A stretch of 64,000 bases of DNA from contig NC_086108.1 of assembly GCF_963921235.1 (NCBI RefSeq), forward strand, positions 92,010,001 to 92,074,000. Reading direction: 5' to 3'. The DNA comes from Mobula hypostoma (lineage: Eukaryota). Numbering within the stretch: the stretch's first letter is position 1; each line of letters opens with the position of its first letter. The translations under genes were made by a program, and so were the position numbers. A model generated the notes under the pieces. The model was given only the letters and a program-made list of their open reading frames with translations. It ran no database searches and was not told the DNA's origin. Positions 49,253 to 62,956 of this stretch are shown here, piece after piece.

Positions 49253-50886
49253 ATATTATAAATAAATCTTTCAGTTATTATTTATATTCAATATTTAGTC
49301 ACATTTCTTGATATTTGTAGCTTTATTTTGAGATATTAATGTATGCAGTAGTGTTAGCTTTTCAAATATGAAAGAAAGAATTGTTGTATTCTGCTTTAAC
49401 TTTGCAAGGTTATCCTTTGTAAATAATGTGTAAGTTCGTCAGAAAAAATCCATGAACACAGAGCTAATTGGAAGGTAAAATGCTCTTGAATGTATCTGCC
49501 ACTGCATCATTGCATCAGTCCTCAGCCAGTGACAGCTTGACGGTAGAATGTCTTGAATTCTAACAAAGTTAATTTACAATCAAGACATCAGTGTGTTACT
49601 AATTAAATCAGAGTCAAGAGCTTCAATGATGTTTTCCCACTTTCCACACACATGAGCCTGATAATGAAATTATTTAACAAAGGCAGAGTGGCACAATCAT
49701 TCTTTTGTTTTACTTATAGTTTGCTTCAGTCACAATCACAATCTTGAAGTATTATTTATTATAATGATTTCATATCAACATCACCATCACTCTGATCAAT
49801 CCCTCCACTCACTCCCCCACCACCATCACTTGATCATTTGCTGTCAGAGTCACCTTATGTACAGACACTCCTGAGCCTAACATCACTTTATGGACGTACA
49901 GTCAGTCAGTGGGTGCCGTCCCGAATCCAGGGTTGGCCACTATACACCTCCATCTTCTTCGATCTTGCGACATACAATCAAACTGTATATTAAATATCTA
50001 ATGTATTTGTATTTATTGTGCTTTCTATTTCTTATTGTGTTTAACTTGTGCTGCATCAGATCTGGAGTTACAATTATTTCATTCTCCTTTACACGTGTGT
50101 ACTGGAAATGATATTAAACAATTATGAATTGTGAATTTTGAATAACAGACCAAATATAATTAGTTTGTCCCCTTACAACATTAGAATAGTTCAGATGCTT
50201 ATTTAAGTGTGCTGGATAACTAAACATCATTTTCATAATGTATAAAATTCACACTTTCAAATCAAGATCACATTTCTTTTTCTTCCTCTTTTACTTTTCT
50301 CTCTCTCTCCTTCATCCACTTCTTCGCAAGCAGCCCCTTTGGATCGAGAATAACTTGCTTCCACCATTTAGGAGCAATGCATCTGTTTTCTATCTGCATT
50401 GTATTCGGTACTGTGCATTTACTAAGTTTTTTATGGTAACTAGTCACATGGGTGGGGCTGTGGTAAAAGCATAGGGTTTAGTTACATGTTCGTGCTTTGT
50501 TCTCCGCAGTTTTGGGGCCGACAGATGCTGTATCTTTTGTTGACCTCTTAGTTATGCTTAACTTACATTTGGGTACACTGAAGCTTCATTGCTTCAGGAT
50601 TGTATAAAGATCGAATACATATCTTTGACTTTGGAACAACCATTATTGGAGCAGAGGGCACGTCATACAAGTATAACAAATCCGTGGGGGTTGACAACAG
50701 CGGCAAATTGGTTCATGGCTGACCTGACCATGGACTCATCTCCACCTACCTGCCTTTTCCCCCAACCCTTAATTCCGCTGCTATGCAAAAATACAGGTTG
50801 GCACAGCATTGTGGGCTGAAAGGCCCATATTGTGTTGTACTGTTCTATGTTCTATTTTATACAAACTTAGCACATATATGTAGATC

Positions 50887-51881
50887 CCACACAAAATGTG
50901 GGAGGAACTCAGCACGTCAGGCAGCATCATGGAAATGAATAAACAGCTTCTTTGAGACTGGACTGGAAAGGAAAGGGGAGACACCAGGATAAAAAAAATG
51001 GTGGGGGAGGGAAGGAGGATGGCTAGAAAGTGATAGGTGAACCAGGTGGGTAGGAAAGACAAAGGGCTGGAGAGGAAGGAATCAGATAGGAGGGGAGACT
51101 GGACCATAGGAGAATGGGAAGGAGGAGGTACCCAAGGAAGGTGATAGGTATGTGCAAAGAAGCAAGAGGCCAGAGTGGGAAATAGATGAAGAAGAAGGAG
51201 AAGGGAGGGTGGAGGGACATTTTTTTACTGGAAGGAGAAATCAACATTCATGCTATCTGGTTGGAGGCTGCCCAGACACTGCTCCTCCACTCTGAGGAGG
51301 CCACAGACCGACATGTCGGAACGGGAGTGGGAATGGGAATTAAAATGTTTGGCCACTGGGAAGATGTGCTTTTGTCGGATGGAGCGGAGGCGCTCAACGA
51401 AGCGATATCTCAATTGACAACGGGTCTCACCAATGTGGAGGACGCCATATCGAAGCATCGGTGACAATAGATGACCTCAGAAGGTTCAGGTGAAGTGTTG
51501 CCTCACCTGGAAGAATGGTTTGGGGCCCTGAATGGAGGTGAGGGAGGAGGTGAATGACCAGGTGTAACACTTAAAGGCCGCTTGCAGGGATAAGTGCTGG
51601 GGTGAGATTACTGGGGAGGGGTGGGTGGACAAGGGAATCATGGAAGGAATGATATCTACAGAAAGCGGAGATGGGAGAGGTAAAGATTTGTTTGGATCCC
51701 TTTGTAGATGGCGGAAGTTTTGGAGAAAGATGCGATGGATTCAAAGGCTCATCAGGTGGTAGGTAAGGACAAAAAGTATTCTATCACTGTTAATGTGGCA
51801 GGAAGATGGGGTGAGCGCAAAGGTTTGGGAAATGGAGGAGACAGCCACATACATGTAAACACGAGAAATTCTGCAGATGCT
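50887..51881 (-). mobile_element. Older PLE fragment with GIY-YIG remnant
   Basis: ORF 51225-51467 (HIGETRCQLRYRFVERLRSI...PVAKHFN...LQPDSMN). Confidence 0.85.
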
Positions 51882-52860
51882 GATCCACTTCTTTGTTTCC
51901 CTACGTTTGTCATTCTCCACTAATCTGCCTTTCTCCCCCTTTTCAATTCTCCCTTCTATTCAGCCCCCTCTGCCTTCCCCTCTCTTTCCCCCACTCCAAC
52001 CTCCCCAACTCTCTTGCATATAATTCGTATTCAAACCCAGTGCATGGATTTGAAATCTGATCTCAGATTTCAAGCAGATCAAGAAATACTGAAACAAAAA
52101 TAAAACTAGCAATAAAACTATTGGCTTATCACTAAAACCTCACTGGCTCACCCCTCCCTTATAAAAGGATAATTGCATTCTTTATCTGTACTAACCTACA
52201 TGTGTCTTCAAAATGACCCGTGAGTGGTCTGGGAGGGGGCAGGTTGGGTGAGGAAGTCCCTCAATTATTGAGGTAGTGTACCATCCCAGGATGTCACATG
52301 AGTGTCAACAGTCCTATTGATTTTAAGGAATGTAATGGAAGACTAATTAACTATGAATGTAATAATGAAAAGACATTCCTTGGTAATTTTTTTTATTATG
52401 AATACATTTTATTTTGAAGACTTTTTTTAAAAATCACTCGATTGCAATGAGGCACTGCAAAGATTAGTTTCCTGCATTCAAGCTGGCAGTTAACCACTAT
52501 CATTTGAGAGCAAATGAGGATACTCAAAATTCAATGTTCAAAGTTAAAAATACTTTTAATATCAAAATATGTATACATTATAAAACCTTGAGATTTGTCT
52601 CCTTACAGGCAGCCACAAAACAAAGAAACAAAAAAAAAATTTTTTTAAACCGTCAAACACCCAATGTGCAGAGAGTGAAAAAGTAAATCATGCAAACAAT
52701 AGAAGTAAGCAAATAGCACCCAGAATGAAAATTAATCCATAGACACGAAGCCCGGAGCAGCTGGTGCAGGCCACAGCCTTAGTTCAATACGAGTAAACAT
52801 CACTGAGCCCTCAGACAAGGACTGAATGCTGTCCATAGCATTCATATCCTGAGAAAGACA

Positions 52861-53178
52861 TGGGGCAGGATGGTGGCATATACATTAGCATAATACCTTG
52901 CAGTGCCACTGATCTGGGTTCCATTCCTGGTGCTGTCTGTAAGGAGTTTGTACGCTCTTTCCATTTCCGGATAGGTTGCATCCATACTTCTTCCCACGTT
53001 CCAAAGATTTACAGATTAGGGTTAGTGAGTTGTGGGTATGCACTGTCAGCACTGGAAACACTGGAAGACACTTCTGGGCTTCCCCCAGAACACCTATGGA
53101 TGGTGATGCCCACTGGCGCTAATAGCACGTTTCACTGTTTCGATGTTCATGTGACAAATAAAAATAATCTTTATCTTT
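52861..53178 (+). mobile_element. V-SINE-like element
   Basis: tRNA-like head, V-domain, and a tail shared with the 21057 copy. Confidence 0.75.
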
Positions 53179-54483
53179 AGAATTTTTAAAAGACAGTGCA
53201 ATAAGGAGAATTTCTACCATAAAGTTGCTGCAAATTTATTTCATCTAATTTATCTCAACAACTTAAGTCCCAATCTTTCAGAAGGGCATGGCATATAATT
53301 CCCCAGGAAGCTTTACAGTGATTTAAGTTCCAGTAATATAACTTAGTGGCAAAGCTAATATTAAAGAAATTGAAATTATGGCCCTTGCCTGTGGCAACGT
53401 TTAGTAACCAAACAGACTTTGATGATTTGGTAAATATATTTGATAGTCTGCAAGAAATGAAAGTCTCAATTTTATTAAAAACATTCATTACAAGTATAGT
53501 GCAAAGCTAAGTAATCCATTCGCCGATCGGACGTGTTGCATACAATAATTATAGTTTCAATTATATAAGGAACTGTGGGTGCAGCAGAGACGTACTTTCA
53601 TGTCTTCATTGAAAGACTGCAGCGGTGTCAGAGGAAGTGTCAAGTGGATGAAACCTCCCTTCCCTAGCACCTATAAACCAGACATGCCTACTATTGATTG
53701 TGCCTGTGGCATCATATTAGTGCATCAAGATACTGCAGAAACACATTTACAACTGGAAAGCAACCTCTAAAAGCCGCACAGGGTCTCCGAGTCTGGAGAC
53801 GCTGCAACAAAAGAAGTTAATTAGAAAAGCAAGAAGGTGGCGTTTTCTTTTAAAAGGACGACGTCTCAATTTCCAGGCCTTGTGTGCACTGAAGCATGAC
53901 TGCAATGTGGAGGAGTTGTTGTTGAAAGTGTCGTGATTCTGGTGTGTGAAATCAACCCCCAAAGATCGAAGCCTAATAAAACATAGAATTAAATATGACA
54001 TCCAAAAGTCTAGAAAGGCAAGCTAGCTAACCTTTGGTGAGTGAAAAGTATTTCCACTACATTAAGTGATCTGAAAAGGTCCTTTTGTTTTAAGGGGAAG
54101 GGAACTAATTTCTTGCAAGATCCCTAAATAAATTTATGGTGTACTTCCATTGACTCCAAAGTTAATGACTGGGTTGGTAAGTGGCATAGCTAGAATCCTG
54201 GTGAAGGGTCTCAGCCCAAAACATTGACTGTTTATTCCCATTCGTAGATGCTGCCTGACCTAATGAACTCCTCCAGCACATTGCATGTCTTGCTCTAGAT
54301 TTCCAGCATCTGCAGTACCTCTTGTGTCTTTAGAGTCTGGAGTTGGTTGATTCAACTGAATCATAACTTCTTGTCAAGATGAGAAGGGGACACATTTGAA
54401 GCCCTCCAGGGGCTTGGGACCCAATAGCAGAATGTCACAATGACTAAAGGACTGAGCGTGGTTGAGTTTTCATCCTTTACGTT

Positions 54484-54751
54484 GGGTGGCATGGTAGCAT
54501 AGTGGTTAGTACAATGCTTTACGGTACCGGCGACCCAAGTTCAATTCCCACTGCTGCCTGTAAGGAGTTTGTATGTTCTCCCCATGACCACGTGGGTTTC
54601 CTCCAGGTGCTCCAATTTCCTCCCACAATCCAAAGACCTCCCAGTAGGTCAGTTAATTGGTCATTGTAAATTGTCCTGTAATTTGGCTAGAATTAAATCA
54701 GTTGGCGCTGGGCGGCGTAGCTTCCGTGCTGTATGTCAATAAATAAATAAA
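54484..54751 (+). mobile_element. V-SINE-like element
   Basis: A and B boxes, V-domain, (aaat)n tail. Confidence 0.9.
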
Positions 54752-55699
54752 TATCAAGTCAGTGTTCCATCCATCTACCCCTGAGGACTATTCCATTCCA
54801 AAGGATTATTCCCAGACCCCAAGGTCCTGCAAAATTCCCTTGTCTCTCAAGTGTCCTTCTCCTTGAGCTATTTGTCCTGTGACTATCTGATGCTAAATTT
54901 TATGAGATTGCAATAATGTAGTATTTCTAAAGTAAGAATTTTGCAGATTTTGAATTTTAAATGTGATTGTTTTAATCAATTATGACTCCTTCTGCGGCCT
55001 CTGTTGCTCTCTCTGATATCAGTGATATTTAAAAGTATTAAACAATTAAAAAGATGCAAAGATCTTTACTGAAATGGGTGTTGGATATTAGGGTGCCAGG
55101 TCCTACAGTGTAACTGTTGACACCATTGTGAGAATATCAGAGAAAAGACATGCACAAAAGCCCAAAATCAAAGAGTGAAAACTAGTCTTTCTTCTCAATT
55201 CAAATAGTTCATTTGCCAAATAAAATACAATCCCTTCTGACACAAAAGCATTTCCACTTTCTCCACTTGACAGGAGGCAATATTTTAAGAGATCAATAAC
55301 CGGTCACGATTAGTCAGTCTTTTTCCAACCATTGATTTTTTTTTTTGCTGTTGCAAATATTGCTTAGTATTTTTTAAATGTCCTGTTCCATACAACTGGC
55401 ATTGATTTGGAAACAAATTCTTCAGTTCTCCATCAACATTAGAAAAATAATCAAATCAAAATCATGTTCAAAATCACTCAGGTCATTTTACATTAGAAAC
55501 CGTTCTCTTTTACTCCTTTATAAGATAAAGAGACACAGCTTATTAAAGCATTAATGTTCTGGGAAGAAAGCATGATATGAAGTACTATCTCCAGTATTAT
55601 ATGGTTGCAAATTCAAGAAACAAATTAACATCTTATATCTTCTGTGAAAAAAAATGGCAGATAAATTATGGGTAGCTGCAATTTGACTTTCACCAATAA

Positions 55700-56397
55700 G
55701 GGACTTGGGGTCCAAGTCCATAGGACGCTCAAAGCAGCTGCGCAGGTTGACTCTGTGGTTAAGAAGGCATATGGTGTATTGGCCTTCATCAATCGTGGAA
55801 TTGAATTTAGGAGCTGAGAGGTAATGTTGCAGCTCTTTAGGACCCTGGTCAGACCCCACTTGGAGTACTGTGCTCAGTTCTGCTTGCCACACTGCAGGAA
55901 GGATGTGGAAGCCAGAGAAAGGGTGCAGAAGAGATTTACAAGGATGTTGCCTGGATTGGGGAGCATGCCTTATGAAAACAGTTTGAGTGAACTCGGCCTT
56001 TTCTCCTTGGAGAGTCGGAGGATGAGAGGTGACCTGATAGAGGTGTATAAGATGATGAGAGGCATTGATCGTGTGGATAGTCAGAGGCTTTTTCCCAGGG
56101 CTGAAATGTTTGCCACAAGAGGACACAGGTTTAAGGTTCTGGGGAGTAGGTGCAGAGGAGATGTCAGGGGTAAGTTTTTTACTCAGAGAGTGGTGAGTGC
56201 GTGGAATGGGCTGCCGGCAATGGTGGTAGAGGTGGATACGATAGGGTCTCTTAAAAGACTTTTGGATAGGTACATGAAGCTTAAAAAAATAGAGGGCTAT
56301 GGGTAAGCCTAGTAATTTCTAAGGTTGGGACATGTTCGGCACAACTTTGTGGGCCGAAAGGCCTGTATTGTGCTGTAGGTTTTCTATGTTTCTATGT
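55700..56397 (+). mobile_element. CR1-type LINE 3' fragment
   Basis: ORF 55824-56306 (LVRPHLEYCAQF...RRMRGDLIEVYK...FFTQRVV); (tttctatg)n tail. Confidence 0.95.
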
Positions 56398-58164
56398 AAT
56401 ATTTCTTTTCATTTCAATAATATCTTTCATTTAATAACATAAACCCCTTTTAAAAATACAATGATTGAAGCATTGCCTATTTGTTAAACATGTATAGTGA
56501 TGCTGAGCTATTACTCACAAAAATAACCCACTGCATCATTATCAGTCAATTGCCGACTAAAACTATGACCTGTTTGTGCTGGTCTCTCTTGTTAGTGGAT
56601 AATATTCAGATGGTCACATATGGTATAAAATTGAGATTAAAATATTCTGCCAGTGATTACAAAACCTGTGGATCGTGTTCTACAAATCCCTTTTATCTGT
56701 GCTGCATATAACACAGTCCTTTGTAACATGTCACTGTAAAGCTTCAGTCGATATGCTTAAAGATCAGTTCTTTGTCCCTAAATAATCACGATTTTTTTTT
56801 AAGTTGTACTTAGGAAATTGTTTTTATTTTTTAGTAGTGGAAGTACATAATAATGGCATAATTTGCAAGTAACACTAAATTGTGCATAAGTGGGATGAAT
56901 ATTCTTATTTTCTGTTTCTTTTACGGTAAAGCTTTTTGAATAGTTCTCTTAAAATAGCTTCAGCAGATTTTTGGAACAAAGCACAGATAAGGGCAGAGAA
57001 AGCTGTCTGACCATCTTCACCCATCCATCTGGGAAGGAAAACCATCACAGTGTACGCAGGCTTGAAAATGACTCCAAAGCTCTTTGCCTCTAGAACTCTG
57101 CTTCAATGTCTATTCCAAATATCGATTGCTCATTCTGTGAAGAAATTCTTCCTGACATCTGCCTTCAGTTCTTCTCTCCTACCTAGAGCCACTGTCCGAG
57201 TTTCATTCGTTACTTTGATGCAGTGGTTTCTATACTACTTAATATCTTTATACATACTTTAACGATGTCTCACCCTCTCAGTCACCTTCTGCCATTGTTA
57301 AAGAGCACTGTTTCCTCCAGTTTTCCCTTATTGTTCAGTCTTCCAACATGTAGGATCAGCTTCATTTTCCAACGGTTTAATATCATACCCTGGGTAAAAC
57401 TGGAGGCAGTGTCCAAGATTCAGTGTGCTGTATAGTGTAAATTGGATTGTTGAAACCAAGTGTGAGATTTAAAGCTGTTGTAGCACCAATTACTCCTTCA
57501 CATACCCACCATTACACCTGTATATGGTGTTAACTACAACAGATCTACAGAGCTTTGCAATTGCTAAAGTACAATTTGGAGTGTGCCATTAAGCATTTCA
57601 AATTCAGTTTTCTTAGGAAAAGAGAAACACTCTCATCATTTTCTGCTATTCAAAAACAAATATTGATAGACCCTGTTGGACATTAATAATACAAAGTACT
57701 GTGAGTCTAGTTCATTAGCAAGACCAACAACAGAGGAGCTGGGTAGCCTTGGGTTATTGCACAGAGCAGCCTCTCCAAGTCCTCACACTGTGGCGTCGCC
57801 TGTTAAAGCTACCCAGGGGAGAAGGCACCAGAAGTGGTGTGAGAGAAAACACAAGTATGGTAAGCACACTGGAAAATCCATGCGAGGTTAAATAGCTAAG
57901 CCCTGCCGGCTGGCTCGCCAGTCAATACTGCTCTCCAGTGTTCACTCTCTGAAAAACAAACTGGATTACCGTCATCTGCAACTAACCCAGCACCAGATGA
58001 GGACCTGCTGCTACTGATTTTTACAGAAATATGTCTCCAGGACAATATCCCAACATCCCATGCACCATCAATATTCAGGCCATGCCACTCAGGGACTTTT
58101 GCTAATATTATTTTCCGACTGTATTGAGTTTTATCATTACTGTATCTACCTTCTTTTTTTGTCC

Positions 58165-59000
58165 TTTATGCTTTGGTTCTTGGTAGGATCACGCATGCCA
58201 AAGGGTGTCACAGGCATTCAGGGCAGCAATGAAGATCCTCCATCTCTGGCAGCATTATGGCTTCCTTCATTGTGTCAGTAGCTTCCTCTCGGCTTACTGA
58301 CATGCAAGTCCGGGACAGAGACTTGGAAATACCATCACACTCAGATGTTAAAGGATTCTTCATTACTGTTTCTGTAATAGTTTTGTTTGAGCAATCAGGG
58401 CTTTTAGCCCTGAGCTGATCCTCCGAACGTGGAGGATGGGTGGAGCACTCTTAGTCTGATCTGACCTTTACCCTTTGATCTGTTTGGCTTGGGTGATTGT
58501 CACAAAAACTGTGGGTCAATTGTTTAAGAAAAATAACAAGATGGCTTGAGTCACAAAACTAGATTGAGGTGCTTTTATTTACCTCAAAACAAGACAAAAA
58601 CTGGACAAATCAATATATATAGCCACCTTCAGACTAAACACAAAAGAAAACTAACCCCAAAGCCTTAGTAACCTGAGGCTTATAACTGCTAAGCCCCTCC
58701 CCCTAGACCAACCAAAAGCTAATTAACTCAATTATCCAATTAAAGACGGTATCCTCCACCATCAGCACACCTGTGCAGGTTGCTGCTGCCTCTATATGAG
58801 ACAGCTCTGTTTCAGACCCAGTCACTATTAGTGCTGGGGATGAGTGTTTTACCGAGTGTACTATGTGCTGTCTGTAATCAGTGATGGGCCTTTGTCACAG
58901 TGATCCTTCCAAGAGCCAAACCATAAAGCCCTGACTCCAGCCAACATAGCTCTCATGAGGCACGCAAGCCTCCAAACGATGACAAGGTTTGGTCTCCTTG
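58165..59000 (-). mobile_element. RTE-derived element, rearranged and interrupted by a solo LTR
   Basis: Reverse homolog of 23275-23668, with a short plus-strand duplicate at ~58165-58203. Confidence 0.7.
58498..58899 (-). mobile_element. Solo LTR (402 bp)
   Basis: TG...CA ends; perfect 5 bp TSD gtgat at 58493-58497 and 58900-58904; TATA-like motif followed by AATAAA on the minus strand. Confidence 0.8.
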
Positions 59001-60149
59001 GAGGTGTACATACTATATGTGTGGTGCGTGACTATATATATTGCATCTAGGTCCCAGAGGAATGATGTTCTGCTTAGCTGCATGCATGTATGTGGTTGAG
59101 CGATGATAAGCTTGGACTTGAACTTGAATCTGTGTTTCTGTTTGCAAGTCCATTATTAATGAAGTCACAGCAACCCATTCATCAGGAAAATCCACCCTTG
59201 TGAATTTACCACTCAATATTTATAAAACATTTAGTAGGAGCAAGCCAGTATCCCACTGATTGCAATCAGTCTTCCCCAGCATAGATAAGAAACGCAAAGC
59301 AGCTCAGCTTGGTCAAGTTTGCAATTTCTTCCACAATGTATCGCTTCTGAGCAAGAAAGGACAACCTTGAATTCAACACAGTATGAAAGCTGCCTGTGGT
59401 CTTCATTACAATATCTTATACTGCCGTGGGTAATTTGAGGATTAAAGTTGTAGCTGCCTACTTTTGTTAGCTATTCAAGCACAGGACGGCTGTATGACCT
59501 AATCAGTAAGTTACCTAAGTGAATGCTACAGGGGGAAGCACGGATGGCATTTCAACCCCATGGCTTTTGGTAACTTGATTAATGGACTTGACATCCTCAT
59601 TCCAAAGCTTTTAGCTCAACCTCTGGCAAACATCTCACCACTAAATACCACAGAGATCATGGCAAAATAAACTCATGTGACAGTGTTAGTGGTCATGCCC
59701 AACAGCGCTGCAGAATAAACTTTAACAGATGATGCTGTTCAAGTGTTATCAGATAGTTGGAAGTAAGGAATATGAATCAAATGCAAGCAACTTAATAAAA
59801 AACATTCCGTTTGTATGTTGAGTTACTAGAAAACAATAATTTTAAATGTTTTGGATCATTTACCATGTTTTGCTTGACACCCTCTGGCTATAACAGCAAA
59901 TTAGACATTTGTGACACGCTGCATTAAATGGAGATGGTAGAAGTGTGGATGAACCACGTATGAGAAAGCAGATTTATGGCACAATCAATAAAGACAGCGT
60001 GTAGATGTAATCACGGAGAAAGGCATGCTGGCACATCGACGTTCTTGAAAGCTCAGGGAGGCTTGCCATGTAATCTAATTCCCTAACAAACGTCTATAGA
60101 TGCACTGCGGAAAGTATCCTGCTGGTAGTATCTTAAATGGTGCGTTAGA

Positions 60150-60605
60150 ATTGCCTGGTATAGCAACACGAGTACACAGGAACTCAAAAATCTGCGGAGA
60201 AAAGTGGACACACAACTGCCCATCGTAGGTACAGCCCTCCCTACCACTGAAATCATTCCCTTGATGCACTGTGTCCGGAGGGTGGCATCTATCATCGAGG
60301 TTCTCCACCATCCAGGTCATGCCCTCTTCTTGCAACTACCATTGGGCAGGAAGTACAGAAGCCTGAAGTCCCCAGTTTAGGAACAGCTACTTTCCTAGTG
60401 CCTTCAGATTTTTGAACCAACCTACACAACCATGATCCCACCTCAGCAACCAACACCACAGACCTCTGCTCTCACTAGGATGGACTGGTTTGCACTAAAG
60501 TTTGGTTTTGCACAGTCTTCATTTTCTTCACTATCGTGTATAATTTATGATCTGTGTGCTATCTGAATCTACTTGCCTGTGATGCTGCTGTAAAGCCAGT
60601 CTTTC
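60150..60605 (+). mobile_element. Rex1-like LINE 3' fragment
   Basis: Decayed AWYSN...HPGHALF...GRKYRSL. Confidence 0.75.
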
Positions 60606-60606
60606 A

Positions 60607-61010
60607 TTCAAGATTCATGATTCTTTGTTGAACATTCTTCAGTAAAGGAGTACAAAATAATTTTACTCTGTATAGATGCAGATAAGCAGAAAGAACACAA
60701 TAAAAACTCACAGCTCATATTAAAACTTAAAATTAGCTTAAATGCATAGATTGATTATATGTACATAAAGTGAGTCTGACAGGAAATGATGAAGTGGTTG
60801 ACGTGGATGGAGTTATGGTGGTGGGGGGGGATTCACGGATGGAGGTGTTGATCAGCCTGACGGATTGGGGGAAATTACTGCTTTTGTGTCTAGTGGTCCT
60901 AGCAAGTAAGCTGCATAAGCCTCTTCCTTGTTGAGAGTCCATAAGCAGGGTGGCTGGAATCCTTTATGACATCGCTGGTGTTTTTCCATCACCTCTTTGT
61001 ATGTACGTCC
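60607..61010 (-). mobile_element. Rex1-like LINE 3' fragment
   Basis: ARTTRHKSSNFPQSVRLIN; tcttgaa tail. Confidence 0.75.
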
Positions 61011-61475
61011 TTCACAGATAGATTCACTAGATGCCGCAGACTTAATTTGAGATTTATGATCTTCAAAATGTATCCACCTCCATCACTCTGGCTATCAAAC
61101 TGCTCTTGTGATGGGCCCTTTTGAACTTAGTGTTGTTCAGCAAGGAGAAGCAGTGAAGCATCAGGTGATGTAGGACAGTAGGTGACTATCAAGAGGAAGT
61201 TTTGTTGTGCTTTTTTTGTTGCGATCCCTCTGGACGATGTGGGATTGAAGTTAATGTTAAGTACACCAAGGACTGTTTTGGATTAGTAAATGGATGGGAG
61301 GGGTCGGGAGAGTCATGATCCCGGAGCAGGTCGATGGGACCATAAGACAAAAGAGCAGAGTTTCGGCCATTTGGCCCATCGAGTCTGCTCCGCCATTTTA
61401 TCATGGTTTGGCATGGACTTGATGGGCTGTAGAACCTGTTTCTATGCTGTAGTCTCTATGACTCTGTGACTCTAC

Positions 61476-61928
61476 AGACCATAAAACCAAAAGATATAGG
61501 AGCCAAATTAGGCCATCTGGTGAATCGAGTCTGCTCCACCATTTCATCATGCCTAATCCATTTTCCTCTCAGTACCAATCTCCTGCCTTCTCCCCATATC
61601 CCTTCATGCCCTGACTAATCAAGAATCTATCAACCTCTGCCTTAAATATACCCAATGACTTGACCTCCACAGCCACCTGTGGCAACAAATTCCACAGATT
61701 CACCACTCTCTGGCTAAAGAAATTCCTCCTCACCTCCATTCTAAAGGTCACCCCTCTATTCTGAGGCAGAGTCCTCTAGTCTTAGACTCTCCCTCCATAG
61801 GAAACATCCCCTCCACAACTGCTCTCCTGGGGCCTTTCACCAGTCGATAGGTTTCAATGAAGTCAGCCCTCATTCTGGCGAGCAGAGGCCCAGAGCAATC
61901 AAATGCTCCTCATATGACAAGCCTTTCA
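61476..61928 (-). mobile_element. CR1-type LINE 3' end
   Basis: FRMEVRRNFFSQRVVNLWN. Confidence 0.85.
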
Positions 61929-62544
61929 AAAGGTGGATTATAATGTGGGAAGTTAACTTTAGAAGTAAAACACAATACATTTAAAGTGGTAAGAAACTCA
62001 TCTTTCTGTGTACAGACAAATCTTGGTATGTAACAATATAAGTATGGAGGAATAGCAAGGCAAAGAATGCACTGGTCTTTATTGCAAAAGAGCTGAAGAA
62101 CGAAAGCAGAGAAGGTTTACCACCATTGTACAGGGCTTTGGGGACCTCATTTGTATTTCACATAGCATGATCTCTGTACCAACAGGAGATGGTACAGAAA
62201 GAAAAAAAACATGAGTCATGAAGTCACTGCAGTAGGGATTTATGAGATTGATTCAGGGGATATGGAGTGTACTATAAGTGACTATAATAGCACAGAATCA
62301 CATTCAGGCCCATTACCACTGACATGTGGCATGAAATGTGTTGTTTTGAGGCAGCAGTAAAAATTAGTCTAAGTTACAAAAATAAATAAGTATAAAAAAG
62401 AGGAATGATGAGGTAATATTCATGGGTTGATGGACTGTTCATGTACCTGATGCTGGAAGGGAAGAAGCCATTCCTAACATGTTGACTGTGGGACATCCTC
62501 CACGATGGTAGTAACAAGAAGAGAAGACTATGTCCCGAATGGCC

Positions 62545-62860
62545 GTCATCGTCATCATCACCATGTGCCGTGTCGTATGACATGGGCGATCATGGTCTTG
62601 TGACCATGATTGTTCTTGGCAAATTTTTCTACAGAAGTGGTTTGCCATTGCCTTGTTCTGGGCAGTGTGACCCCAGTCATTATCAATACTCTTCAGAGGT
62701 TGTCACATATGACCATCCACCACCTGCTCCCATGGCTTCACGTGATCCTGATCGGTGGGGGGCTGGGTGCTAAGCAAGTGCCTCACCTTGACCTGCAGGC
62801 TAGAAGAGAGAAGGAGCACCTTACACATCCTTTGGTAGAGATGTATCTCCAGCCCGCCAC
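62545..62860 (-). mobile_element. RTE-related SINE-like element nested in a Rex1-like fragment
   Basis: Homologous to 12246-12608. Confidence 0.7.
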
Positions 62861-62956
62861 CCTCCAACCCAGATGGTCAGAGTCCTTGATAATGGATGCT
62901 GCTTTCTGGAGGCACTGCCTTTTGAAGATGTTCTTAATAGAGAGGAGATTTAAGAT

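Noticed and set aside
53650..53670. VLGKGGF as a kinase glycine-rich loop
   Set aside because: The following residues (IHLTLPL) lack the G-x-V and VAIK pattern; most likely coincidence.
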